From Clostridia bacterium (GTDB taxonomy: Bacteria; Bacillota; Clostridia; UBA1212; DUPL01), in NCBI GenBank assembly GCA_050951325.1, contig JBMNIW010000011.1, positions 32,001 through 96,000 on the forward strand: a stretch of DNA of 64,000 nt, given 5' to 3'. Each line of letters begins with the position of its first letter. Position 1 is the first letter of the stretch. The notes under the pieces are model-generated. The model ran no database searches, had not been told where the DNA came from, and saw only the letters and a list, made by a program, of their open reading frames with translations. The translations under genes were made by a program, and so were the position numbers. Positions 20,186 through 30,444 of this stretch are shown here, one piece after another.

Positions 20186-20758
20186 TCATTGCAACATAGC
20201 AGGACTTCCGGTTGTTACTAACACTACAATACCAAATATTAATGTAATTATAGTTACAATAGTTGCACCAATATCTACATCAACAGATGAATAACTCCCC
20301 AGAGAATTTCCATATCGATCCCAACGTTTATCGCTATTTTGTCATTCCAATGTCCATCTTGAGCTCCATCACCTCTATCAACACCGGCTCCATGTGAGCA
20401 ATCATCCCATGTAAGCTTCCCGCCATTCTTACCATTCCAATACTCTTCAGGGTTACATTTGGGTTTCTTACCTCCCAAAGAATAAGGTAATTCTGGCCAT
20501 TTTGAGGGAGGTGTGGCTGGATGTTTTCCAATGATAAATTATTTGCTTCCCAATAATAGTATCCATATGGGTCAACACTAATAACTGGATTATTACCACA
20601 ATAGGCAAACATATTGCTCCCAATAAATCCTTGCCCAGTAGAAACATATGCATCCGCATTAGTCCCGTCTCATTTTCATAGTAGTAACCCTTGTACCTTA
20701 TTGGATTAATGTATCCTATATGTGATGTGTTGTTCGTTACATCATCCCCATTCTTTAT
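20186..20758 (-). pseudogene. Rhs repeat-associated core with toxin tip, deleted and frameshifted
   Basis: SHIGYINPIRYKGYYYENETG | NADAYVSTGQGFIGSNMFAYCGNNPVISVDPYG is a classic Rhs core with the YYLxxRYYxP..GRF segment deleted at about 20660; a frameshifted tip follows. Confidence 0.85.
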
Positions 20759-20899
20759 GCTAAAAGCTTTCTACAGACATCGTAATGGTATTATCCCACC
20801 TCGTTGAAGTTTTTGTCAAGTATGGCAGATATATCAATACTGCGTCCAACCTAATCACTTTATACAAAAATATGGTATAATTATAGGAAATATAACAAT

Positions 20900-22306
20900 A
20901 TGGAGCATATAATGGATTGTTTCAGAAACTTGGAATGGAAAAAAGATATTTTTGGATATATAAGACCTTTCCTTACAAAGGAAATAGCATTAAGGTCCAT
21001 TGAATTTGCCGATCTTAACTATCACGGAGAACTAAAGCACTGGATAAAGAGCGATAACACCGACTATACCCTTATACGCGACGGAGTTATTACAAAGGAT
21101 TCAAAAAGATGGTCAAGGCAGCCAAGACCGCTTGAACACCTCGTACGCACCATAAGGGAGGTGTATGTCACCAACTCCAGCAAGGTGTTGGTGCTGGGCA
21201 GCAAAGTTGATGAAAACAAATATGTTATAGGCATAAGTTTTTCAGGAACAGTATACAACTCAGAGTGGCTGAATAATTTCAAGGTCAATATAGTTAACGG
21301 GTTTCATCAAGGTTTTCTTGAGATTGCCCACAGATTTGACTTGCTTTCCGATAAAATCGAATTCCCCAATATTTCAAAAGAATTGGGAGAAGAAACAGTA
21401 TTAACTTTGGAAAACATTCTTCAGGAATGTACAAGCCCTGATTCAAGATTTTTGTTGTGGGTGACAGGACACAGCCAAGGCGGCGCTGTTGCCGGCTGCT
21501 ATATTGTCGACTGTCTATCAAACAGAAATGTTTTACATGATAACATTATAGGAGTAACCATGGCCACTCCGACCATTGCCCATGCCAGGATAGGAAGAAG
21601 CACAACAAACTACCCAATATACAATATTATTAACGAAGAAGATATTGTAACCAGACTGGGAAGTCAGATAAGGTTTGGCGTAGACATCTGCTACAAACCC
21701 ACCGAGGAATTCAGAAGAAGGTTCTATACAAACTATCCGAATCCCCTTTACCATAACGACATGGTCAATGCAAGAGATTTTCTTAAGGAAATAAAAAATA
21801 CGCCTGATGCAATAGAGCTTGCTCATGCGATACAAAAACTTCTGTCCGAGTACAGACCTGCAAAAAACGGAGACAATGAAAAAAGGCTCCAGCATAAAAC
21901 TTTGAAACGCTTGATGACCTGGCTCATATTCAATCTGTTTTCAACACAGGTAGTTGCAAGTGAAGCCTACAAGGAAATGACCGGCCGCGATATTGATGAA
22001 AGCAGAATCAACTACTGGTATAAAAGAATCGTTGATTTGTACGATGGCAACAAACTGGCCGGCCTTAGTGAATTTGTGACACAAGCACACATGCTGAACT
22101 TCGAACAATTTCACACAACTGGTCCGGAACACTGCTATAGAGGAATCGTATTATACGCCTGGGATCGGACTTGTGTGCGCTGCTTTAAAACGGATGATGC
22201 AGGATACAGGTATGTGGAAGTTGCTTCTCTGTGGCCAAAATCAGAAAAAGGAATTGTCGGATTCCTGGGTAGACTGTTCAGCAAGAGAAAGAAGAAAAAG
22301 AAATAG
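20900..22306 (+). CDS. Lipase class 3 (alpha/beta hydrolase)
   Basis: ISFSGT, FHQGF, VTGHSQGGAVA nucleophile elbow, NEEDIV, AHML. Confidence 0.8.
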   Translation: MEHIMDCFRNLEWKKDIFGYIRPFLTKEIALRSIEFADLNYHGELKHWIKSDNTDYTLIRDGVITKDSKRWSRQPRPLEHLVRTIREVYVTNSSKVLVLGSKVDENKYVIGISFSGTVYNSEWLNNFKVNIVNGFHQGFLEIAHRFDLLSDKIEFPNISKELGEETVLTLENILQECTSPDSRFLLWVTGHSQGGAVAGCYIVDCLSNRNVLHDNIIGVTMATPTIAHARIGRSTTNYPIYNIINEEDIVTRLGSQIRFGVDICYKPTEEFRRRFYTNYPNPLYHNDMVNARDFLKEIKNTPDAIELAHAIQKLLSEYRPAKNGDNEKRLQHKTLKRLMTWLIFNLFSTQVVASEAYKEMTGRDIDESRINYWYKRIVDLYDGNKLAGLSEFVTQAHMLNFEQFHTTGPEHCYRGIVLYAWDRTCVRCFKTDDAGYRYVEVASLWPKSEKGIVGFLGRLFSKRKKKKK

Positions 22307-22564
22307 CTATATATTGCTCTCCTGTTCGTACTTTTTTTTGGTAGCCAGGCCACCCCTGATATGTCTTTCGGCCTTGTTGATATCCAACACTTTTCTCACC
22401 TCGTCTGCCAGGGCAGGATTCAATTCCGGTAGTCTTTGAACACAATCCTTATGAACAGTACTTTTCGAAACATCAAACTTCCTGGCAGCTGCCCGAACTG
22501 TACACTTTGTCGACAGTATGTACTCCGCTATCTCATAGACTCTTTCTTCTATATAATCTTTCAA
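22307..22564 (-). CDS. spoIIID: Sporulation transcriptional regulator SpoIIID
   Basis: MKDYIEERV...TVRAAARKFDVSKSTVHKD...NKAERHIRGGLATKKKY. Confidence 0.97.
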   Translation of the reverse strand: MKDYIEERVYEIAEYILSTKCTVRAAARKFDVSKSTVHKDCVQRLPELNPALADEVRKVLDINKAERHIRGGLATKKKYEQESNI

Positions 22565-22603
22565 TGATAAGCCCCCTTTGAGCTGTGCCTGCTTTTGTCT
22601 AAT

Positions 22604-22631
22604 ATATATGAGCAGGATTGTTTTAATATTC
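22604..22631 (-). promoter_or_regulatory. Putative sigma-E promoter of spoIIID
   Basis: GAATAT-N15-CATATAT upstream of spoIIID, a known sigma-E target. Confidence 0.5.
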
Positions 22632-22664
22632 CAATTGAAAAAAACAACTCAAAGGGGAATAGCA

Positions 22665-23324
22665 TTAAAAGATTAAATCAAAACTTTTTGAAAGAATTAG
22701 GTCTTTTAACTCCTTCTCATTAACAGGTAAAAAATCTGTAAAAATACCTCCCCTGCCCGCATGGTGGACCTTGTGGCAGTCGGTTCCGGATATGCCAAGC
22801 AGATTTAACTTCCTGGCATAATCAACCGCCTTGTAATTTCTTGAATCATGCTCCGTATGTAGATTGTATACCTCAATGCCATCCACAAATTCCTTCGGAG
22901 CAAGTTTCATATGGTCACGAAAGGGATGTGCCTGGAAAACAGCCAAATCGTACTCCTTGGCAAGATAATAGAATTCTTGCAGGGATAATTTGCAAAGCTC
23001 CTTTCCATGTCTCAGAAGCCTTAAAACATCTCCATAAACGAGATAATCGTTGTATGATTCATCAAGCCTTACTTCCGCACCCAAGTAAACTTTTATTCTA
23101 TCCTGGGCAGCCAAAAGCGCGTTTTTGTACCCTTTGCAAAACCTTGCCAGAATATCTCCGATATCCTCCAAATCGCTAAACAAGGGACCGGAAAAATGGT
23201 CAGTTATAACTATCCCGTTATAACCCTTCTGGACATACAGCTCTATCATTTCTTGAGCCGTAATTTTCCCACAGGGGCTCACTTCACTGGTATGGCTATG
23301 TAACTCTATCCTGTACTTTCTCAA
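22665..23324 (-). CDS. PHP-domain protein
   Basis: ELHSHT, ITDH, QAHPFR, GIEVYN, GTDCH. Confidence 0.85.
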   Translation of the reverse strand: MRKYRIELHSHTSEVSPCGKITAQEMIELYVQKGYNGIVITDHFSGPLFSDLEDIGDILARFCKGYKNALLAAQDRIKVYLGAEVRLDESYNDYLVYGDVLRLLRHGKELCKLSLQEFYYLAKEYDLAVFQAHPFRDHMKLAPKEFVDGIEVYNLHTEHDSRNYKAVDYARKLNLLGISGTDCHKVHHAGRGGIFTDFLPVNEKELKDLILSKSFDLIF

Positions 23325-23432
23325 ACACCTTCATCTCCCAGTTAAATATTGCTTTTTAATTGTAGCAAATACATGTTGATAATTGCTATATAAAGTGTTA
23401 ATATTGAAAAAAATGAAAAGGATCTGAGGAAC

Positions 23433-25259
23433 ATGAAGAAAGTTTTAAAAGACAGCAATCAGTACATAAAAGACAGTATTGTTGATTATGGTGATTTCAA
23501 ACTGTTTCTCGACCTGGATAACGGTTTTTCAAAAAACAATCTTATTCCGCCAAAACAAGGCAGTGAGCATATTATAAAAAAAGCGGAAGAGTATTTGAAT
23601 CACCCTTATCCACAACAGACAGCCTCCATGTACATGGAATTCAAAAAAAACGGAAACAGAACAAACTATGAAAAACCGTATTTCAAAAGACGCGACATGC
23701 TCTTTTACTTTCTCCTTGCCGAATGCATTGAAAGAAAGGGACGTTTCACAGACAATCTGATTGATTTATTATGGATGATACTTGAGGAAAGCACCTGGGT
23801 GTTGCCTGCCCACAACGGTCACATGCCCCACTCAAGTTATATATGCCCTCTTCCCTACTGTTTCAAAGATGAAGTCGACTATATCGACCTTTTTGCGGCG
23901 GAAACCGGTGCTCTTCTTGCATGGGTATACTACCTGGCAGAAGAAATCCTAAATTCAATAACCCCCGTTATAGCAAGCAGGCTGCTATATGAGCTGGACA
24001 GAAGGATAATAAATCCGTTCCTTATCAACGACGATATGTGGTGGACTTCACTAAAAGGAAATGCTGTGAACAACTGGAACCCCTGGATAGTATCCAATGC
24101 TCTTGTTGTCTGTGCACTTTGTGTAAAAGATACAAATAAAAGGGGAGTTTTTGTAGAGAGAGCCTGCAGAATGCTGGACGGCTTTACTAAACACTATCCG
24201 GACGATGGTGGATGCGACGAAGGCCCCTCCTACTGGAATGTTGCAGGTGCTTCATATTTTGACTGCCTTGAACTGATTTACGATATGACAGGCGGCAGAA
24301 TAGATGTGTTTTCAAATCCATTTGTAAGGAGAATTATGGAATACATAATGCACATGCATGTCGTTGACAACTTCTATCTTAACTTTGCAGACAGTCCCGC
24401 AAAAATTACAGTGGACTTTTCTGCAGTTGCCCGAATGGGAAGAAGAACAAAATCAAATGACCTTGAAGCTTTTGGACTTGCACAATATAATCTCACAAAA
24501 CCCTGCATAATATCGCAAAGAACATACAGGTCAATAAAATCCCTTTATGATGTGCCGCAAAAACAAGGCGCAGAATACACGGCAAAAGATGCCGCACTCC
24601 CCCAGCTTGGAGTTATGGTTCTGAGAAGTGACAAATCCCTTTTGGGAATAAAGGGAGGACACAATGCAGAAGGCCACAACCATAATGATGTTGGCAACTT
24701 CATTGTCTTTGCAAATTCAAATCCCCTCATTATAGATGTAGGTGTAGGCACCTACACAAAAGAAACCTTCAGCTCCCAAAGATACAGTATCTGGACAATG
24801 CGTTCGGAATACCACAACCTTCCCAACATTGCAGGACACGAGCAAATTGCAGGTTTTGCAAAAAGAGCCACCAATTGCGTATTTGATTTGCATAACAGAA
24901 CCTTCAGAGCAGAGCTTAAAGAAACCTACGGTTTTGAGAAACTTGTTTCCTACACAAGGGAAGCCAGAATGTATGAGGATGGCTGTATTGAAATTATTGA
25001 GGACATAAAAATGGAGGAAAAATCGGATGTGAATTTCCACCTGATGACAATTGATAGACCAAAGATAGGTGAAAACTGTCTAATCTTTGAGAACGGAAAG
25101 GTAGAGTTTGACAAATCTCTTGAAGTTTTTGTAGAGCAAATAGAGATGAATGACGAAAAACTTTCAGGCGTGTGGAAAACAAACAGCGTATTCAGAATAC
25201 ATTTGAAAGCAAAGGATATCAAAGAAGGAATATATCACTTCAATATATTCCCTCAATAG
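23433..25259 (+). CDS. Heparinase II/III-family protein (polysaccharide lyase-like, cytoplasmic)
   Basis: EESTWVLPAH, IDLFAAETG, NNWNPW, DGGCDEGPSYW, NFAD, KGGHNAEGHNHNDVG. Confidence 0.85.
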   Translation: MKKVLKDSNQYIKDSIVDYGDFKLFLDLDNGFSKNNLIPPKQGSEHIIKKAEEYLNHPYPQQTASMYMEFKKNGNRTNYEKPYFKRRDMLFYFLLAECIERKGRFTDNLIDLLWMILEESTWVLPAHNGHMPHSSYICPLPYCFKDEVDYIDLFAAETGALLAWVYYLAEEILNSITPVIASRLLYELDRRIINPFLINDDMWWTSLKGNAVNNWNPWIVSNALVVCALCVKDTNKRGVFVERACRMLDGFTKHYPDDGGCDEGPSYWNVAGASYFDCLELIYDMTGGRIDVFSNPFVRRIMEYIMHMHVVDNFYLNFADSPAKITVDFSAVARMGRRTKSNDLEAFGLAQYNLTKPCIISQRTYRSIKSLYDVPQKQGAEYTAKDAALPQLGVMVLRSDKSLLGIKGGHNAEGHNHNDVGNFIVFANSNPLIIDVGVGTYTKETFSSQRYSIWTMRSEYHNLPNIAGHEQIAGFAKRATNCVFDLHNRTFRAELKETYGFEKLVSYTREARMYEDGCIEIIEDIKMEEKSDVNFHLMTIDRPKIGENCLIFENGKVEFDKSLEVFVEQIEMNDEKLSGVWKTNSVFRIHLKAKDIKEGIYHFNIFPQ

Positions 25260-25674
25260 TAGTAGAGACTCCTTCGTATGACTTGAAAAGCTCATAAACT
25301 TCTTCGTTCTCCTTCTTTATGGAGATAATTTTATTATCCTTCAGAAAACAATGGCGGCTTTCGCCTGTTGCCCGTATTTCTCTGCTTTTCAAGTCATATA
25401 CCTCGTAACCAAAGCAAAACTTTACACCACTGACCATTTTCAGGCATGTCACTATGAAAACCGTATCACCAAATCTTGCAGGTGATTTATATTCACAGTT
25501 TAAAGACACAACAGGTGATATGATTCCTTTTTTCTCAACGGCATCATAACTCATTCCCATCTTATCCAAATAGTCAATTCTTGCCTCTTCAAACCACCTT
25601 ATATAATTCGAGTGATGAACCACTCCCATTTGGTCCGTCTCATAATACTGCACTTTATGAACATATGCTTCCAT
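25240..25674 (-). CDS. Acyl-CoA thioesterase (YbgC/4HBT family)
   Basis: YYETDQMGVVHHSNYIRWFEEAR. Confidence 0.9.
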   Translation of the reverse strand: MEAYVHKVQYYETDQMGVVHHSNYIRWFEEARIDYLDKMGMSYDAVEKKGIISPVVSLNCEYKSPARFGDTVFIVTCLKMVSGVKFCFGYEVYDLKSREIRATGESRHCFLKDNKIISIKKENEEVYELFKSYEGVSTTIEGIY

Positions 25675-25697
25675 TGCTCCTACTACAATCCTCCAAT

Positions 25698-26429
25698 TTA
25701 TCTCTTGAAAATATCATTAATCAGCAGAATTGGGATATTTCTCTTGCCTGTTATGTTCTCGGAATTAAAGTAAACCTTCCTATTATGCAAGTCTGCTGCA
25801 CAAACCGCAATCTGCGCAACAATGTCCTTTGATTCATTGTAATTGAAATAATCCCTAACCTGCTTGTATTTGTCAACCTTGCGTTTGTTTACCCCATCCA
25901 GTACAACACAGCATATGCCGGTTATGGCCTTGATAGCCATGTCATTATCAAGATAATACCTTGTCAATGTATTCTCCAAACTTCTGACCTTTTTTAAATT
26001 AAATTCTTCCTCTTTAACACAAAAAGCAGCCTTTATGTATAAACCATCCTTCAAAGGCTCTTCAAGAACAAAAACATCAAACAAATCAGGAAGACTTACC
26101 ACATGGTATCCAAGATCCTTCAACGACTTCCCAAAGCCTTCAGACAAATTGTCAAAAGGCAGTTCTATTTCATTTTCCTCCTTGTACTTCCACATCACTT
26201 TTTTGTACCCGTACGTTTTGGAAAGCACAAAGTGCAAAACAAAAGAAAGAATGCAAACCAAACCCCCTATGACCAACACAACAAAGTTGTTGATATTGGT
26301 GACAATAATACCTGTTTCAAAAAGAATATACATTAAAATACTTATGGGAATTGATAAAATTCCAATCGCAATCAAAGAGTTGACAAAATTATAATAAAAC
26401 TTGTCCTTCACAAATAAACCTTCCTTCAA
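25698..26429 (-). CDS. Hypothetical membrane protein (2 N-terminal TM helices)
   Basis: 243 aa ORF overlapping the upstream oxidoreductase by 4 nt. Confidence 0.6.
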   Translation of the reverse strand: MKEGLFVKDKFYYNFVNSLIAIGILSIPISILMYILFETGIIVTNINNFVVLVIGGLVCILSFVLHFVLSKTYGYKKVMWKYKEENEIELPFDNLSEGFGKSLKDLGYHVVSLPDLFDVFVLEEPLKDGLYIKAAFCVKEEEFNLKKVRSLENTLTRYYLDNDMAIKAITGICCVVLDGVNKRKVDKYKQVRDYFNYNESKDIVAQIAVCAADLHNRKVYFNSENITGKRNIPILLINDIFKR

Positions 26430-27556
26430 TTATTAATATACCTTACTTCTTCTTCCTTGCCCGTCTCATTGGAAACCAGCGCCGCTTCAAGAATGCAGTT
26501 AATATTCAGAGAATCCAAAAGCTTTGCCCCCTTTTCAAGCTCTGTGTCGCCTTCATACACACTCTGCAAAAAGATGTACATTGAATGCACATGTCCTCTA
26601 AGCCAGCTGACGGGAGCCTTGGAACTTGGAAACACCCCTCCAGGATACTCGTACTTGCCTATGCAGTCAATTACTGTATACCCAGATTCTCCTCCATAGG
26701 GACTTGTCTTCTTTGAGCCATCAAAGAAATACAGTTTATTCGGTTCCATCAAATTAAACTTGATTGCTCCCTTGTCTCCATGTATCTCTATCTCCAAATC
26801 ATCATTGGTGCCAATGGTAATTCTGCTTACTGTAATAGTTCCAAGGCCTCCATTTTCAAGCCTTGCTATCATGGAAAAATGCTCATCGCAATCCGTTATC
26901 GCCTTGTTCAGTATATGCCCCTTGCCAATAACCGACTTTATCCTGTTTCCTGTAATGTGAGTGATCAGATCCACCACATGGGAACCCAAATCATACAAAG
27001 CGCCGCCACCACTCATCTTCCTGTCTCCCCTCCATCCATAGCTGGACCTGTTCAATCCGGAGGAATGAAGATACCTTCCACTAAAACCCACCACATTACC
27101 TATTCTACCCTCTTCCACCAATTGTTTCGCCCTCATGGTGGCAGGGAAATATCTGTTGTTGAAAACAATACCACAGACATTTTGTGTATCTTTAAGTACG
27201 TTTTGCACCATAATCGCCTCATCCCTTGTGGTGACAGCAGGTTTTTCACAATAAACATGTTTCCCATTCCTTACAGCTTTAATAATCTGCTCTGCATGCA
27301 TGCTGTTGGGAGTGCATATGGATACCACATCTATTTCAGGGTTTAATACAACCTTATCATAATCCGTAACTTCATATTTGAACCCGTACTGCTCTTTAGC
27401 CTTGTTTGCATTCTCTTCAGTTCTCGAGCACACGGTATGCAGACATGCCTCAAACAGCAAGTCACTATAGAAATACCTGAGATTAGAGATTGCATAGCTG
27501 TGGGTTTTACCCATAAATCCGGTACCCACGACAGCCACATTTATTGTCTTCCTCAT
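26426..27556 (-). CDS. Gfo/Idh/MocA family oxidoreductase
   Basis: VGTGFMG, CTPNSMH, HVYCEKP, GGGALYDLGSH; start moved to ATG 27556. Confidence 0.9.
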   Translation of the reverse strand: MRKTINVAVVGTGFMGKTHSYAISNLRYFYSDLLFEACLHTVCSRTEENANKAKEQYGFKYEVTDYDKVVLNPEIDVVSICTPNSMHAEQIIKAVRNGKHVYCEKPAVTTRDEAIMVQNVLKDTQNVCGIVFNNRYFPATMRAKQLVEEGRIGNVVGFSGRYLHSSGLNRSSYGWRGDRKMSGGGALYDLGSHVVDLITHITGNRIKSVIGKGHILNKAITDCDEHFSMIARLENGGLGTITVSRITIGTNDDLEIEIHGDKGAIKFNLMEPNKLYFFDGSKKTSPYGGESGYTVIDCIGKYEYPGGVFPSSKAPVSWLRGHVHSMYIFLQSVYEGDTELEKGAKLLDSLNINCILEAALVSNETGKEEEVRYINN

Positions 27557-27672
27557 GGGCAGCCTCCTTTTTTCCCATATTATATCCCAAGGCTGCCCAT
27601 TTGGCAATTCTGTTGAAGTATACGACTCCCATATGATATAATTTTTCATATCATATTAAAGAGTGTGATTCT

Positions 27673-28704
27673 ATGACCAGTTTTAAATTCATACATACAG
27701 CAGACATTCATCTTAAAAACATAAATGATGATGCTTATGATACCTTTGTGAAAATTATCAGCCTGACTAAAAACAAAAACATTGATTTTCTGTTAATAGC
27801 GGGGGATCTGTTTGATTCTGCCAACCCTGATAAACACCTGGTAGACAAGGTTAAGGAACTCTTTGAATTTATAAACAATTGCAGAGTGCTCATTACCCCA
27901 GGAAACCACGACCCCCTTGTATACAATTCTCCTTACCTTGCAGAAGAATGGCCCGAAAATGTATTTATCTTTAAAGAAAAGCTTTCTTTTGTAACATTGG
28001 GAAACATCCGCTTCTATGGAAGAGCCTTTACAAGTCACTTTGAGGAAGATAGCCTGCTTGCCAAGATAAAGCTTGATGGAAGTTACGCAAACATACTAAT
28101 CATGCATGGTGAAGTAACCACCAGTTCCATGTATAACCCAATTCCCAAAAATCTTCTTGATGAAATTGGGTTCGACTACTGTGCTCTGGGACACATCCAC
28201 AAACCCATCGCAAACGCTGCATACACCTTTCCCGGCACTCCTGAAGGAAGAGGCTTTGATGAGATTGGAGAATTGGGGATAGTTGTAGGATACATTGAAA
28301 AAGGAGATGTAAACACTAAATTTTATCCAATAAGCAAAAAAAGATATGTCATAAAGGAACTGGACATAACAAACCTGATTAGTCATGACGCAATACTAAG
28401 TAGAATAAATGAAGAATGTACAAGCTCAAAAGACCATTACCGGATAATCTTGAAAGGCACCGTGAAAACAAGTCCAGACACTAAGGTTTTGGAGTCTGTA
28501 CTGTCTCCATATTACGCTCATATGGAAATTATCGATGAAACAGTTATGAGTATTGACTATGAAAGGCTCAAAAAAGAAAACACATTAAAAGGCATCTTTT
28601 TAAGAAACATGCTGGACAAAATGAGAAATGAACCGGACAACAGGATCCTTGCTGAAAGCTTGATGCTTGGACTGAAGGCTTTCGATGAAGATATTGAGGT
28701 GTAG
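27673..28704 (+). CDS. Mre11/SbcD-like DNA repair exonuclease (YhaO type)
   Basis: HTADIH, AGDLFD, PGNHD, MHG, LGHIH, PGTPEGRGFDE. Confidence 0.9.
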   Translation: MTSFKFIHTADIHLKNINDDAYDTFVKIISLTKNKNIDFLLIAGDLFDSANPDKHLVDKVKELFEFINNCRVLITPGNHDPLVYNSPYLAEEWPENVFIFKEKLSFVTLGNIRFYGRAFTSHFEEDSLLAKIKLDGSYANILIMHGEVTTSSMYNPIPKNLLDEIGFDYCALGHIHKPIANAAYTFPGTPEGRGFDEIGELGIVVGYIEKGDVNTKFYPISKKRYVIKELDITNLISHDAILSRINEECTSSKDHYRIILKGTVKTSPDTKVLESVLSPYYAHMEIIDETVMSIDYERLKKENTLKGIFLRNMLDKMRNEPDNRILAESLMLGLKAFDEDIEV

Positions 28705-28707
28705 AAC

Positions 28708-30444
28708 ATGTATATATCAAAGATAAGGATATATGGTTTTGGTAGATTAAAGAATCTTGAGATGGATTTCTCAAAGGACATAAATATTATTTACGGGCCT
28801 AATGAAAGTGGCAAATCCACAATCCTGGCATTCATCAAAGCCTGCTTGTATGGCCTTTCTTCAAGAGGCAATTTAAGCGAAAGAACAAAGTATGCGCCTT
28901 GGGACAACCCTCAAAGTTTTGGGGGAGAGATTTTCTTTGAGCATGAGAATAGAAAATACAGATACATATGCACTTTTGGCAAATCAAAGCGTAATAATGA
29001 GTATACATTATACAACGAAACCACAGGTGAAAAGGTTACAATTCCAAGTGGCATGTCTTTGGGAGAATACATTTTCAATCTTTCCGAAGGCGCTTTTGAT
29101 TCCTCTATTTTCGCACCCCAGCTGCAATCAAAAATCGATGCATCCAGGGACAAAGATGGTCAGATAATGTCATTGATCGCAAAGTCGCAAGTTGGCGAGG
29201 AAGAATCCATCAATATTGTTGAAAGAAGACTTAAAAATGCAATGGACACCATAAAAGCCCCCAGATCCGGAAAAGGCATTTTGGACAAGCTGTATGCACT
29301 AAAAAAAGAAAACGATGATGCTTTTAACAAAATAAAGGAGGAAGAGGACCACCTCAAGATGATAAAGATAGAGCTTGAAAGTCTTGTTGCGGAAAAAGAG
29401 GAAATTGACGAGAGAATAAATTTTTTCTACGCCAAGGAAAGAATAAGGCATAGAAACATGGTGTTTCAGCAGATGTCGAAAATTGACCACCTGCAGGAAG
29501 CCATGCAGAAAACTTCCGAAAAAAGGGCAAAACCATCCTCCAAGATCTACTACATTTCAACCCTTCTTTTATTGGTTCTTTCCGGAGTACTGTACTTTTT
29601 ACCCATTCCCACTCCTTTTGCCTTTATACCCATTCTTTTTGTAATGGTTTTGTCAGTACTTGCCTCAAGACAAAAGAACGAGGTCAACAAGGCAGCCATG
29701 ACTATGATGGAGCTAAAAAAGGAAACAGAGTTGCTTGAGCACATGCTTCAAGGAAAAGATCTGTCAGAACATGAAAAGGATTGGAAGAAGGCAGAAGAAG
29801 TATTAAGGAATTCAAAAGGCTTTGAAGAAGAGAGCATTAATGTGCTGGTAAAAAGGCAGGAAGAACTAACCAAAATGATTGCTTTTAAAAACGCCCAAAT
29901 ACAGACCGCAAAGAGTGCGTTTGATTATGCTTCTCTTCTTGAAGAAAAGAAACACCTGAAAGAGAAAACAAATTACTATGAGGATAAATATAAAGCTTTG
30001 GAAATAGCTTATGAGACCGTAAGGGATTCATACAGTCAGCTGCAAAACCTTTTCGGTCCGAAAATAGCTGATGAAACAGGCAAAATATTAAAAGTTCTTA
30101 CAAACAGCACTCATGACAATATAAGGATTTCGAAAGATTTTGACATATCCGTGGATGAGGAAACAGGCTACTTCCCTCACCAGTTCTACAGCGGAGGTAC
30201 CATTGACCAGGTATATCTTGCTTTCAGGCTTGCTGTAAGTAAAATTATTGCACCATATGGAGCACTTCCTTTGTACCTGGATGACCCTTTTGTGCAGTAC
30301 GACGATGAGAGACTAGAAAGTGCAATGTATTGCATAAAAAAACACAACAGCATTCACAACAATCAGATTATTCTTACTGCTTGTCATAAAAGAATACTGC
30401 CGCATGTAAAAAACATACGGCAGGTAAATTTAATAAATATTTAA
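28708..30444 (+). CDS. SMC/Rad50-like ATPase (YhaN type) with an internal TM hairpin
   Basis: GPNESGKST, long coiled coil, two hydrophobic helices, SGGTIDQVYLAFRLA, LYLDDPF. Confidence 0.88.
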   Translation: MYISKIRIYGFGRLKNLEMDFSKDINIIYGPNESGKSTILAFIKACLYGLSSRGNLSERTKYAPWDNPQSFGGEIFFEHENRKYRYICTFGKSKRNNEYTLYNETTGEKVTIPSGMSLGEYIFNLSEGAFDSSIFAPQLQSKIDASRDKDGQIMSLIAKSQVGEEESINIVERRLKNAMDTIKAPRSGKGILDKLYALKKENDDAFNKIKEEEDHLKMIKIELESLVAEKEEIDERINFFYAKERIRHRNMVFQQMSKIDHLQEAMQKTSEKRAKPSSKIYYISTLLLLVLSGVLYFLPIPTPFAFIPILFVMVLSVLASRQKNEVNKAAMTMMELKKETELLEHMLQGKDLSEHEKDWKKAEEVLRNSKGFEEESINVLVKRQEELTKMIAFKNAQIQTAKSAFDYASLLEEKKHLKEKTNYYEDKYKALEIAYETVRDSYSQLQNLFGPKIADETGKILKVLTNSTHDNIRISKDFDISVDEETGYFPHQFYSGGTIDQVYLAFRLAVSKIIAPYGALPLYLDDPFVQYDDERLESAMYCIKKHNSIHNNQIILTACHKRILPHVKNIRQVNLINI

